64,000 nucleotides of DNA from Eubacteriales bacterium (GCA_045594565.1 JAZNYT010000010.1:321-64320), one strand, 5' to 3'. Counted from the first letter of the stretch, positions 37,890 to 45,608 are shown. The notes: generated from the sequence alone by a model not told the origin. A program made the numbers and translations.

Positions 37890-38165
37890 TTAGTTATTTG
37901 ATGTTTTAGATCCTGAGTGACCCTTGAAGGTTCTTGTCAGGGCAAATTCACCAAGTTTGTGACCTACCATATCTTCGGTAACATATACGGGAACATGCTT
38001 TCTTCCGTCATAAACCGCTATCGTATGTCCTACGAACTCGGGGAATATTGTTGAGGCGCGTGACCAGGTCTTTATAACCTTCTTTTCGCCTGCCTTGTTC
38101 ATGGCTTCGATTCTGTCATAAAGCACTTTTTGAACAAAAGGGCCTTTCTTTACGCTTCTACTCAT
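37890..38165 (-). CDS. rpsS: 30S ribosomal protein S19
   Basis: [23 protein letters not shown]...[29 protein letters not shown]... Confidence 0.97.
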   Translation of the reverse strand: MSRSVKKGPFVQKVLYDRIEAMNKAGEKKVIKTWSRASTIFPEFVGHTIAVYDGRKHVPVYVTEDMVGHKLGEFALTRTFKGHSGSKTSNN

Positions 38166-38191
38166 TATTGTTTCCTCCTTTCGATAACAGC

Positions 38192-39022
38192 TTATTTGTC
38201 GTTTCTGCGTTTAACTATGAACTTGTTTGTGCGAGCCTTCTTGTTACGAGTCTTGTAACCAAGTGCGGGCTTGCCCCAAGGAGTAACAGGTCCGGGACGA
38301 CCGATGGGAGCACGTCCTTCACCACCACCGTGAGGGTGATCTACGGGGTTCATTACAGAACCTCTTACTGTAGGACGGATACCGAGGTAACGTGTCTTAC
38401 CTGCCTTACCGCGTTTAACGTTTTCCGCTTCAACGTTGCCTATCTGACCGATAGTAGCCTTACAATCCATACGGATGTATCTTACTTCACCAGAGGGAAG
38501 TCTTACCTGAGCCATTTCGCCTTCCTTCGCCATGAGCTGTGCTGCAGAGCCTGCTGTTCTTACAAGCTGAGCGCCCTTACCGGGATAGAGCTCGATGTTG
38601 TGAATGAAGGTACCAACAGGAATGTTAGCAATAGGAAGTGTGTTACCGGGCTTGATGTCAGCTTCGGGTGAGGACATAATCTTGTCGCCAACCTTAAGTC
38701 CAACAGGAGCGATAACGTATGCCTTTGTGCCATCCTCATGCTCGATAAGTGCGATGTAAGGATTTCTGTTGGGGTCATATTCGATTGCGATAACAGTTGC
38801 GGGTGTCGCATTCTGTCTCTTGAAATCGATAATTCTGTATTTTTTCTTGTTTCCGCCGCCTCTGTGACGAACTGTGATTCTACCGGTGTTGTTACGGCCG
38901 GAGTTCTTCTTGAGTTCTACAATAAGGCTTTTCTCAGGTGTCTTCTTTGTTACTTCCTCAAATGTGGGAACAGACATCTGTCTTCTACCGGGAGTTGTGG
39001 GTTTATAAACTCTTGTAGCCAT
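38192..39022 (-). CDS. rplB: 50S ribosomal protein L2
   Basis: [18 protein letters not shown]...[14 protein letters not shown]... Confidence 0.97.
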   Translation of the reverse strand: MATRVYKPTTPGRRQMSVPTFEEVTKKTPEKSLIVELKKNSGRNNTGRITVRHRGGGNKKKYRIIDFKRQNATPATVIAIEYDPNRNPYIALIEHEDGTKAYVIAPVGLKVGDKIMSSPEADIKPGNTLPIANIPVGTFIHNIELYPGKGAQLVRTAGSAAQLMAKEGEMAQVRLPSGEVRYIRMDCKATIGQIGNVEAENVKRGKAGKTRYLGIRPTVRGSVMNPVDHPHGGGEGRAPIGRPGPVTPWGKPALGYKTRNKKARTNKFIVKRRNDK

Positions 39023-39041
39023 TTTTTCACTCCTCCTTCGA

Positions 39042-39335
39042 TTACATCATACCGTCGAAGAATTCGATGGTCTTGGAGTCAGCTGTAAGTGTTACAACTG
39101 CCTTCTTCCATTCACTTGTCTTACCAAGGTGAACGCCAAGTCTCTTGGGCTTGGACTTCATGTTAACTGTGTTAACGTCAAGTACCTTTACCTTAAAGAT
39201 TTCTTCGATAGCTTTTTTGATTTCTACTTTATTTGCAGTTTTTGCAACTTCGAAGGTGTACTTCTTGTCTGCAATGCCCTGCATGCTGGCTTCTGTGATA
39301 ATCGGTCTTATGATAATATCGCAGGATGTTTTCAT
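39042..39335 (-). CDS. rplW: 50S ribosomal protein L23
   Basis: ...[46 protein letters not shown]... Confidence 0.96.
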   Translation of the reverse strand: MKTSCDIIIRPIITEASMQGIADKKYTFEVAKTANKVEIKKAIEEIFKVKVLDVNTVNMKSKPKRLGVHLGKTSEWKKAVVTLTADSKTIEFFDGMM

Positions 39336-39958
39336 TTTGCATATACCTCCTCGATTATTTCAATTGCCGGTTTTGCTATAACGAGACTGCCTGCATTGAG
39401 AATGTCATAAACATTCAGATTGTTGGCAAGTGTTGTTTTAACTCCGGGAATGTTTGCAAAAGACTTGATAACTGTCTTGTCGTTTTCAGGGAGTACTACG
39501 AGAGCCTTCTTTGCTGCTCCGATTGCTGCAAGCATGTTAACCATGGTCTTTGTCTTGAATTCGCTTGTTGCGATAGACTCAACAACCTTGATATCTTCTG
39601 CTGCACATTTAGCGGAAAGTGCACTCTGAAGAGCGATAGCACGTACTTTCTTGTTGAGAGAAAGTCTGTAGCATCTGGGCTTAGGACCAAGAGCTACACC
39701 GCCGTGTGTCCACTGAGGAGAACGGGTTGAACCCTGACGTGCTCTACCTGTACCCTTCTGTCTCCAAGGCTTGATACCGCCACCGGAAACCTCAGCTCTT
39801 GTAAGGGTAGACTGTGTACCCTGTCTCTGATTTGCAAGGTAAGTGCGAACCGCTGCGTGAAGAACTGCTTCATTTACTTCAGCTCCGAAAAGCTTTTCAG
39901 AAAGCACTACTTCGCCGGTTTCTTTACCTGTCATATCGTATACTTTAACGTTCGGCAT
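39332..39958 (-). CDS. rplD: 50S ribosomal protein L4
   Basis: ...[38 protein letters not shown]... Confidence 0.97.
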   Translation of the reverse strand: MPNVKVYDMTGKETGEVVLSEKLFGAEVNEAVLHAAVRTYLANQRQGTQSTLTRAEVSGGGIKPWRQKGTGRARQGSTRSPQWTHGGVALGPKPRCYRLSLNKKVRAIALQSALSAKCAAEDIKVVESIATSEFKTKTMVNMLAAIGAAKKALVVLPENDKTVIKSFANIPGVKTTLANNLNVYDILNAGSLVIAKPAIEIIEEVYAK

Positions 39959-39980
39959 TGTTTTTCCTCCTTCCTAAAGG

Positions 39981-40610
39981 TTACGCCTTAACAGAGTTGC
40001 GAATGAACACAATACCGCCCTTAGGTCCGGGAACCGCACCCTTAACTGCGATGATGTTCTTTTCGGCATCAACTCTTACGACGTCGAGGTTCAGTATAGT
40101 AACCTGCTCGTTACCCCACTGACCAGCCATTTTCTTGTTCTTGAATATTCTCGCGGGGTCGATAACACCCATAGAGCCTGACTGACGGTGGATAGGACCA
40201 ATACCGTGAGTCTTACCAAGCATAGAAAGGTTCCAACGCTTGATGGCACCGGTGTAACCGTGACCCTTGGAAGTACCTGTAACGTCAATCTTGTCGCCTG
40301 CTGCGAAAATGTCAGCCTTAACTTCGTCGCCTACGTTGTAAGCGCTGATGTCGTCAAGTCTGAATTCCTTGAGATGACGCTTGAGGGTGATGTTAGCTTT
40401 CTTGAAATGTCCCTTAACAGGGTTTGTTACCTTCTTTTCAGTAACGTCTGCAAATCCGAGCTGGATTGCATCATAACCGTCTGTCGTGGCAGTCTTCTTC
40501 TGTACTACTGCACAGGGGCCTGCTTCGATAACGGTTACGGGAATTACTTCTCCGCTTTCGAGGAAGATCTGGGTCATACCAATCTTCTTACCGATAATAC
40601 CTTTATTCAT
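39981..40610 (-). CDS. rplC: 50S ribosomal protein L3
   Basis: [33 protein letters not shown]... Confidence 0.97.
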   Translation of the reverse strand: MNKGIIGKKIGMTQIFLESGEVIPVTVIEAGPCAVVQKKTATTDGYDAIQLGFADVTEKKVTNPVKGHFKKANITLKRHLKEFRLDDISAYNVGDEVKADIFAAGDKIDVTGTSKGHGYTGAIKRWNLSMLGKTHGIGPIHRQSGSMGVIDPARIFKNKKMAGQWGNEQVTILNLDVVRVDAEKNIIAVKGAVPGPKGGIVFIRNSVKA

Positions 40611-40679
40611 TTTTTCCTCCTAATTATTGGTTGGCTTTTGCCAACATGACTAGTTTTTGTTTTTTGCCGTGCTTACGAA

Positions 40680-40991
40680 TTAAAATACTTTAAGTTCGAT
40701 TTCAACGCCGGCGGGAAGTTCAAGACTTGTGAGAGCTTCAACAGCTGCCTTGGACGGCTTGATAACGTCAATAAGGCGCTTGTGAGTACGCATCTCGAAC
40801 TGCTCACGGGAATCCTTGTACTTGTGAACCGCACGAAGGATAGTTACCACTTCCTTTTCGGTGGGCAACGGAATAGGACCTGAAACCTGAGCGCCTAAAC
40901 GCTTTGCAGTTTCCACAATCTTTTCCGCTGACTGGTCGATGAGAGTGTGGTCGTAAGCTTTAAGTCTTACGCGGATTTTTTCGTTTGCCAT
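40680..40991 (-). CDS. rpsJ: 30S ribosomal protein S10
   Basis: [44 protein letters not shown]...; AAGGAGG RBS at 41000-41006. Confidence 0.97.
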   Translation of the reverse strand: MANEKIRVRLKAYDHTLIDQSAEKIVETAKRLGAQVSGPIPLPTEKEVVTILRAVHKYKDSREQFEMRTHKRLIDVIKPSKAAVEALTSLELPAGVEIELKVF

Positions 40992-41290
40992 AATTTGCCT
41001 CCTTAAAAATTTGTGTTTTTTGGGAGCAGAAACTCAACACCGCACCGGGTGTTTCATCAACACCCTTTACAAAAGGATTTCAAGGTTACTCAAAATCCAC
41101 AGGCGCACCTCACCCATAAGAGCAAGGCTCTTTACTGTTGCAACTCGATTTACGCCCCCTATATATATAGAAGGAAGAAAATCCAAACAGTATCGAATTA
41201 TGTTGGTTTTACTGTCGCCCGTTTGTCGGACATACTCTGCGGAAATTCCCTACCTCACGGTAGCAACCTCCCGCTTCATCGCATATCAAG
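40992..41290 (-). promoter_or_regulatory. long structured 5' leader of the S10 operon (candidate autoregulatory leader)
   Basis: About 300 nt lie between the consensus promoter and the rpsJ start. On the minus strand there are several hairpins: CTACC-GTGA-GGTAG, AAGAGC-CTT-GCTCTT and GGATTT-N12-AAATCC. A three-segment alternative pairing, GGGTGTT / AACACCC / GGTGTT, occupies 41036-41065. Confidence 0.5.
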
Positions 41291-41297
41291 CTTTGTT

Positions 41298-41326
41298 ATT
41301 ATAATATATGTTGTAAAATTTTGCAA
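41298..41326 (-). promoter_or_regulatory. sigma-A promoter of the S10-spc-alpha cluster
   Basis: On the minus strand: TTGCAA (41326-41321), 17-nt spacer, TATAAT (41303-41298). Confidence 0.65.
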
Positions 41327-41433
41327 CATTTTTTCTTCAAAAAATTTCCCGTTTTTTGCAGAATTTACAATTTGTTCATAATTTTTTGTTATTTTCACTG
41401 GTTTTGAATTTACTTTTACTTAATATTTCACTA

Positions 41434-41462
41434 TTGACAAAATGATACTGTTAGGGTATAAT
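41434..41462 (+). promoter_or_regulatory. consensus sigma-A promoter
   Basis: TTGACA 41434-41439, 17-nt spacer, TATAAT 41457-41462; about 40 nt upstream of the 41502 start. Confidence 0.7.
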
Positions 41463-41501
41463 TGGAATGTTAAATAAACGTTCTAACAAGGAGATTACAT
41501 A

Positions 41502-41945
41502 ATGAAAAGATTTGCGTTTTTGATGCTCGCTCTTCTCATGCTTTCTATGACACTTCTCACCTCTTGCTCTGCAAAGACAGTTACAGTAAGAGTTCTTGAT
41601 GCAGAGGGCAAGGTTATTTGTGAAGAAGCAGTTGAACTCGGACAGGCTTTTGAAGAAGGTGCTCACGATGGCGTTGTATACTACGGTATCGACTGCCTTG
41701 AGGTTGCTCTTAAGCAGGCAGGCGTTGAATACTACGTTAACAAGGAAGACTTTGAGGCATTCGCTGTAACAAACATCGGAGACATTGCTTGTGACAAGGA
41801 AAATCAGTTCGTTTACTACGTTAAGGAAAAGGGCGAAAAAGAATTTGTCAACATGAACGGTCTCTCTGCACAGCATGACGCTATGGAAGGCGGAGAAGTT
41901 CTTGAGTTCAGATACGAGGTAGTTTCTACCGAGGAAGCAAAGTAA
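41502..41945 (+). CDS. small lipoprotein (DUF4430-like?)
   Basis: 147 aa. MKRFAFLMLALLMLSMTLLTSC with a lipobox. The mature part (VRVLDAEGKVI...VYYVKEKGEKEFVNMNGLSAQHDAMEGGEVLEFRY) loosely resembles the DUF4430 pattern. Confidence 0.6.
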   Translation: MKRFAFLMLALLMLSMTLLTSCSAKTVTVRVLDAEGKVICEEAVELGQAFEEGAHDGVVYYGIDCLEVALKQAGVEYYVNKEDFEAFAVTNIGDIACDKENQFVYYVKEKGEKEFVNMNGLSAQHDAMEGGEVLEFRYEVVSTEEAK

Positions 41946-41954
41946 AAAGCTTTT

Positions 41955-41988
41955 AATAATGACCGCTAAAGAGCGGTCATTATTTTTT
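41955..41988 (+). terminator. intrinsic terminator
   Basis: AATAATGACCGCT-AAAG-AGCGGTCATTATT: a 13-bp stem running into TTTTTT. Confidence 0.85.
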
Positions 41989-42062
41989 GTAAAGTGTTGT
42001 ATTTGCAACACTTTTTTGATATAATATAAACAAAGACATAAAACAATAAATAAGGAAGCACT

Positions 42063-43787
42063 ATGAAATTCATAAAAAAAGATTCAAATTTTACAAAAGA
42101 AGAAATTTTAAAATTGTCAAGAGACAATCTCCTGGAATGGAAAGAAAAGGCAGGCGGTGACCCTGACTTCTATCAAAGCCTCAACGATGAAGGAATTGTA
42201 CTCAATTTCGGGTACATTATAGGATTCGGCACTGCAGGTCTTCGCGGAAAGATGTTGCCGGGTCCTGCCAATATGAATAAAGAGACTGTCGCCCTTGCCA
42301 CCTTCTCTCTTGCACAGCTGGTTCTCGAAGCAGGCGGAAAGGATGCAGGCGTTGTAATAGCTTGTGATTCAAGAAACAACTCCGACGAATTCTCACGTCT
42401 TGCGGCAAGTGTTCTGGCGGCGACAGGCGTCAAGGCTTATATATTCGATTCTCTGCGCCCTACCCCCGAGCTTTCCTTTGCTATAAGATACCTCGGTTGC
42501 AAGGCAGGTATCAACATTACCGCATCTCACAACACCAAGGAATACAACGGATACAAGGTGTACTGGGAAGATGGTGCACAGCTTCCCCCTATCGAAGCCA
42601 AGAAGGTAGCCGACAGATTCTATGAAACGGATATATGGAATATACCCGTCATCGACTTCGGCAAAGGAGTTTCTGAAGGAAAGATTGAAGTGGTTGGCAA
42701 GAACGTTGACGATGAATACGTCAAGAACGTGCTTGCACAGATAAAGAACGAAAATCTTATAAAGGAAAATTCAGATAAGCTGAACGTACTTTACACCCCC
42801 CTTCACGGTGCAGGCTACAGACTTGTTCCGACGGTGCTTGAAAAGGCGGGCTTTAAGAACGTTAAAACTGTTGCCACACAGCTTCAGCCCGACGGCGACT
42901 TTCCTACCGTTGAGCGTCCTAATCCTCAGTTCATTCAGGCATTCAACGAGGGAATTAAGGTTGCGGGCGATGCCGACGTTATAATCGCCACCGACCCAGA
43001 TGCCGATAGAATGGGTGTCGCCCTTAAAAACTCAAATGGTGAATTTGAAGCTCTTACCGGTAATCAAATTGCGCTTGTCATCATAGACTATATAATAAAG
43101 TCAAAGAATCTACCAACGAATCCTGCTATGGTTAAATCTATCGTTTCCTCTGTTCTTGCAGAAGTAATGTGTAAGAAGAACGGAATCAAGGTTTTCGACG
43201 TTTATACAGGCTTTAAGTATATAGGTGAGAAAATCAAGGAGTTTGAAGAAAAGGGAGATTATAACTTCATCTTCGGCTTTGAGGAAAGCTACGGATATCT
43301 CACAGGCACTTATGCCCGTGACAAGGACGGCGTATCCGCCTCTCTTACCCTTGCAGAAGCGGCACTTTATGCAAAGCTTCAGGGTAAAACACTTCTTGAT
43401 ATAATAGATGACATATACAAGGAATACGGCTTCTGGGGTGAGTACTGGGGAGAGACGATAATCACAGTACCTAACTTTGCAGAGGAAATGTCGAGCATTA
43501 TGAAGAAGCTCAGATGCGACCCTCCGCATGATATTGCAGGACTTACGGTTGTAAAGATAACCGACTATGAAAAGAGTATTGCCAAGGACCTTGTGACAGG
43601 CAAGGAGGATCCCATTCCCTTTGCTCCCGACAACGTGCTCTCCTACACTCTTTCAGACGGAAGCTCGGTGACAATTCGTCCATCGGGTACAGAACCGAAA
43701 ATCAAGCTTTATTACTTTATTTCTTCCAATACTAAAGAGGAAAGTCTCGAAAAGCTCGAAAAATTAAAGTCGTTTTTCAATTTTTGA
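42063..43787 (+). CDS. pgcA: phosphoglucomutase / phospho-sugar mutase (alpha-D-phosphohexomutase family)
   Basis: 574 aa. Active-site loop GINITASHNTKEYNGYKVY, metal loop ATDPDADRMGV, and sugar/phosphate loops GFEESYGY and RPSGTEPKIK. Confidence 0.88.
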   Translation: MKFIKKDSNFTKEEILKLSRDNLLEWKEKAGGDPDFYQSLNDEGIVLNFGYIIGFGTAGLRGKMLPGPANMNKETVALATFSLAQLVLEAGGKDAGVVIACDSRNNSDEFSRLAASVLAATGVKAYIFDSLRPTPELSFAIRYLGCKAGINITASHNTKEYNGYKVYWEDGAQLPPIEAKKVADRFYETDIWNIPVIDFGKGVSEGKIEVVGKNVDDEYVKNVLAQIKNENLIKENSDKLNVLYTPLHGAGYRLVPTVLEKAGFKNVKTVATQLQPDGDFPTVERPNPQFIQAFNEGIKVAGDADVIIATDPDADRMGVALKNSNGEFEALTGNQIALVIIDYIIKSKNLPTNPAMVKSIVSSVLAEVMCKKNGIKVFDVYTGFKYIGEKIKEFEEKGDYNFIFGFEESYGYLTGTYARDKDGVSASLTLAEAALYAKLQGKTLLDIIDDIYKEYGFWGEYWGETIITVPNFAEEMSSIMKKLRCDPPHDIAGLTVVKITDYEKSIAKDLVTGKEDPIPFAPDNVLSYTLSDGSSVTIRPSGTEPKIKLYYFISSNTKEESLEKLEKLKSFFNF

Positions 43788-43794
43788 AAAGCTA

Positions 43795-43823
43795 TTGACG
43801 AAATATAAAAAATAGTGTAAAAT
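43795..43823 (+). promoter_or_regulatory. sigma-A type promoter
   Basis: TTGACG 43795-43800, 17-nt spacer, TAAAAT 43818-43823. Confidence 0.55.
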
Positions 43824-43857
43824 ATGAGTAGTAAAACACTTAAAGGAGGATAATAAA

Positions 43858-44169
43858 ATGGCAGAAAGAGAAGAATTTGAAGCGGATATACTCACACTCA
43901 CAGATGAAGAGGGTGTAGAAAAGAATTTTGCAGTAATCGGAGATATGGAGCTTGACGGCAATAACTATCTTGCTCTCGTTCCCGAGGATGAGGATGGCGA
44001 CGAGTTCGTTATTCTTAAGCTCGCTGTTGATGAGAACGGCAACGAAATGCTCGTTACTATCGACGACGACGATGAGTTCGACAAGGTTGCTGATGCATTC
44101 GAGGACGAGCTTATGGAAGAGTGCGACCACGACGGCTGCGACTGTGGCTGTGAGGATTGCAAGCACTAA
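43858..44169 (+). CDS. DUF1292-family acidic protein with Cys/His-rich tail
   Basis: 103 aa. ILTLTDEEGVEKNFAVIGDMELDGNNYLALVPEDEDGDEFVILKL...NEMLVTIDDDDEFDKVADAFEDEL fits DUF1292. The tail is ECDHDGCDCGCEDCKH. Confidence 0.75.
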   Translation: MAEREEFEADILTLTDEEGVEKNFAVIGDMELDGNNYLALVPEDEDGDEFVILKLAVDENGNEMLVTIDDDDEFDKVADAFEDELMEECDHDGCDCGCEDCKH

Positions 44170-44256
44170 GTCGTACAAGGGTTTTACCCTTGACCCACTT
44201 AGAAACTTTTTATAAAAAGTTTCTTGGAACTTCAAAAATTCTTATAATTTAAATTT

Positions 44257-44387
44257 GATTTTCGATAAGAAAATCTACCTTAACGTTGACTTTGTCAACA
44301 TTTCACGTGCGATAGCACATTTCATACGCCAACGGCGTATTTAACTCGGCAAAGCCGAATTTCATTGTATAACGCGTAGCGTTATAC
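44257..44387. repeat. array of six short perfect hairpins with about 20-nt periodicity and conserved ATTTCA-like linkers
   Basis: GATTTTC-GATAA-GAAAATC (44257-44275); GTTGAC-TTT-GTCAAC (44285-44299); GTGC-GATA-GCAC (44307-44318); ATACGCC-AAC-GGCGTAT (44324-44340); TCGGC-AAA-GCCGA (44346-44358); GTATAACGC-GTA-GCGTTATAC (44367-44387). The last five centres fall at 44292, 44312, 44332, 44352 and 44377. Confidence 0.8.
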
Positions 44388-44586
44388 TCTATTCCTGCGA
44401 TTCTCGTGATACCCGTATATAAACCCACAACACTAAAATGGATTCCCCTACTCGAAGCAGGTGCAGACCTCCCGTACAGGCTCGACCTATACGGACGTTG
44501 GGAGCAAAAATGTTAGAAAGCGGAAACCGCCCTTGCTTATGCAGGGTTTTTATCTATGGGTACACGGCCTTGTGGGAAGGACGTGT

Positions 44587-44623
44587 AAAAAAATAGTGAG
44601 TACTTCGGTACTCACTTATTTTT
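44587..44623. terminator. bidirectional terminator-like palindrome (copy 1 of a repeated element)
   Basis: AAAAAAAT-AGTGAGTAC-TTCG-GTACTCACT-TATTTTT. Confidence 0.65.
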
Positions 44624-44671
44624 AGTTATATTTGTGCTTACGCACAAGTTATATTGCTTCGCAGTTATATT
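44624..44671 (+). repeat. three direct copies of AGTTATATT
   Basis: Copies at 44624-44632, 44647-44655 and 44663-44671, separated by small hairpins TGTGC-TTAC-GCACA and GC-TTC-GC. Confidence 0.7.
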
Positions 44672-44718
44672 TTTCCTTCGGACAAGTGATGTTTTCTCCT
44701 GCGTAGAAAATTCAGGTT

Positions 44719-44750
44719 GATTTGCCTCAAGGGCAAATCTTCCTTTTTTT
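44719..44750 (+). terminator. plus-strand intrinsic terminator with no upstream plus-strand CDS
   Basis: GATTTGCC-TCAAG-GGCAAATC followed by TTCCTTTTTTT. It abuts the stop codon of the minus-strand gene at 44755. Confidence 0.55.
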
Positions 44751-44754
44751 ATAC

Positions 44755-45150
44755 TTATTTTACTACTTTTTTGTGGCAAGAGGGGCAATAAAAAGTATTA
44801 CTTTCTATATCTGAATTACCGTGTGGACATTTTATAAAATTATCTTCATTGTCATTTTTTTCATGTTCTTCGTCTTTATCTTCACCGTTATTTCCAAAAG
44901 ACAAATATTTCATTGAATTAGATATACTTTTCATGTAGCATAAAAATTCTCCGTAAGCATAATACATAACTCCGGACAAAAATAGTATAACAAGCACCAA
45001 CAGTGAACACACTACCCCTGTTGTAAACTCAAGCATAGTTGTTTCAAAATCAAGCAATAATACTATCAACATAGCAAACTGAAGTACCAGACCCAATAAA
45101 ATAATAAATTGACCGATAATCTTCAATACTTTTCCTATATTATTAAACAT
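44755..45150 (-). CDS. small two-TM membrane protein with acidic linker and C-terminal zinc-ribbon
   Basis: 131 aa. TM segments IIGQFIILLGLVLQFAMLIVLLL and VVCSLLVLVILFLSGVMYYAY, linker GEDKDEEHEKNDNED, then CPHG-x13-CPSC. Confidence 0.6.
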   Translation of the reverse strand: MFNNIGKVLKIIGQFIILLGLVLQFAMLIVLLLDFETTMLEFTTGVVCSLLVLVILFLSGVMYYAYGEFLCYMKSISNSMKYLSFGNNGEDKDEEHEKNDNEDNFIKCPHGNSDIESNTFYCPSCHKKVVK

Positions 45151-45171
45151 TTTTCTTCTCCTTTTTATGAT

Positions 45172-45188
45172 TATTCACCGCGTGAATA
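45172..45188. promoter_or_regulatory. 7-3-7 palindrome, candidate operator for the adjacent XRE regulator
   Basis: TATTCAC-CGC-GTGAATA, in the 105-bp divergent intergenic region. Confidence 0.4.
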
Positions 45189-45255
45189 TTATATTCCGAA
45201 TCTTTATGAATGTCAAGAATAAAATATGTCATAATTGAATATAGAGGTGAGGAAT

Positions 45256-45474
45256 ATGAAAAATATAAAGCTTATCAGAGTTTCAAAGGATTATACACAG
45301 CTAAAAGTTCAAATGGATACGGGAATTTCGCAGAGTGTTTTATCAAAATATGAAAGAGGCGACCTCATGCCAACAAGCGAAAATCTTTTGATACTTGCAA
45401 AATACTATAACACAAGTCTTGATTTTCTAATGGACCTCACCGATGAAACGTCGCCGTATCCTAGAAAGAAATAA
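45256..45474 (+). CDS. XRE-family helix-turn-helix transcriptional regulator
   Basis: ORF track 45235-45474; ATG 45256 follows GAGGTGAGGA. MKNIKLIRVSKDYTQLKVQMDTGISQSVLSKYERGDLMPTSENLLILAKYYNTSLDFLMDLT. Confidence 0.8.
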   Translation: MKNIKLIRVSKDYTQLKVQMDTGISQSVLSKYERGDLMPTSENLLILAKYYNTSLDFLMDLTDETSPYPRKK

Positions 45475-45506
45475 AAACAGTGAGTACTTCGGTACTCACT
45501 GTTTTT
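45473..45506. terminator. bidirectional terminator palindrome (copy 2 of the repeated element)
   Basis: AAAAACAGTGAGTAC-TTCG-GTACTCACTGTTTTT: a perfect 15-bp stem. The 22-nt core is identical to 44595-44616. Confidence 0.8.
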
Positions 45507-45579
45507 ACAGTTGAAAATGAAAAATTATGTTTGAATTCTGCCACAGAGGGTATTTTGCAAAACAAAATCTTCTTTTTTA

Positions 45580-45608
45580 TTGCTTTTTATAGCTATATAT
45601 GATATAAT
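45580..45608 (+). promoter_or_regulatory. promoter of the small toxin mRNA
   Basis: TTGCTT 45580-45585, 17-nt spacer, TGATATAAT with the -10 at 45603-45608. Confidence 0.6.

Larger units (their letters stand above)
44250..44623. ncRNA. candidate unclassified structured non-coding RNA (strand unresolved)
   Basis: It lies in a 585-bp gene-free gap between convergent genes and comprises the hairpin array plus a locally GC-rich core (44440-44590). The core has stems CTCCC/GGGAG, GCGG-AAA-CCGC and CCCTTGC/GCAGGG, and long-range CCCACAA (44424-30)/TTGTGGG (44570-76). It ends at a strong UUCG-loop terminator hairpin. No family was recognised by eye. Confidence 0.3.

Noticed and set aside
25617-40649. 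Dozens of plus-strand ORFs of 60-170 aa across the ribosomal protein cluster (for example 26182-26649, 27928-28380, 34499-34954, 38168-38671, 40188-40649)
   Set aside because: All lie antisense to highly conserved ribosomal protein genes, lack RBSs, and have Cys/Ser/Leu-rich compositions typical of the reverse strand of highly expressed genes.
41140-41165. GGGGGCGTAA on the minus strand in the rpsJ leader, resembling the 5' end of tmRNA
   Set aside because: The similarity stops after 10 nt. There is no acceptor-stem partner, tag reading frame or T-arm downstream. It sits inside the leader of the S10 operon.
44257-44387. CRISPR array, or type III ToxI-like repeat array
   Set aside because: The conserved unit is only a roughly 6-nt linker and the variable parts are self-complementary stems. 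There are no 24-40-nt identical repeats, no cas genes and no ToxN-like gene nearby.
44438-44596. 52-codon Arg-rich ORF (MDSPTRSRCRPPVQARPIRTLGAKMLESGNRPCLCRVFIYGYTALWEGRVKK) inside the structured intergenic region
   Set aside because: There is no Shine-Dalgarno sequence upstream, and the composition looks like a translated GC-rich RNA helix. It coincides exactly with the predicted stems. It is kept only as a remote alternative to the ncRNA interpretation.
44170-44754. Possibility that the 585-bp gap encodes tmRNA, RNase P RNA, SRP RNA or a tRNA
   Set aside because: I looked on both strands for hallmark sequences: the tRNA-like GGTTCGA-TCC...CCA end and tag ORF of tmRNA, GAGGAAAGTCC of RNase P, the GGAAG-AGCAG-type domain IV of SRP, and the T-loop GTTCGAATC. 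None was found.
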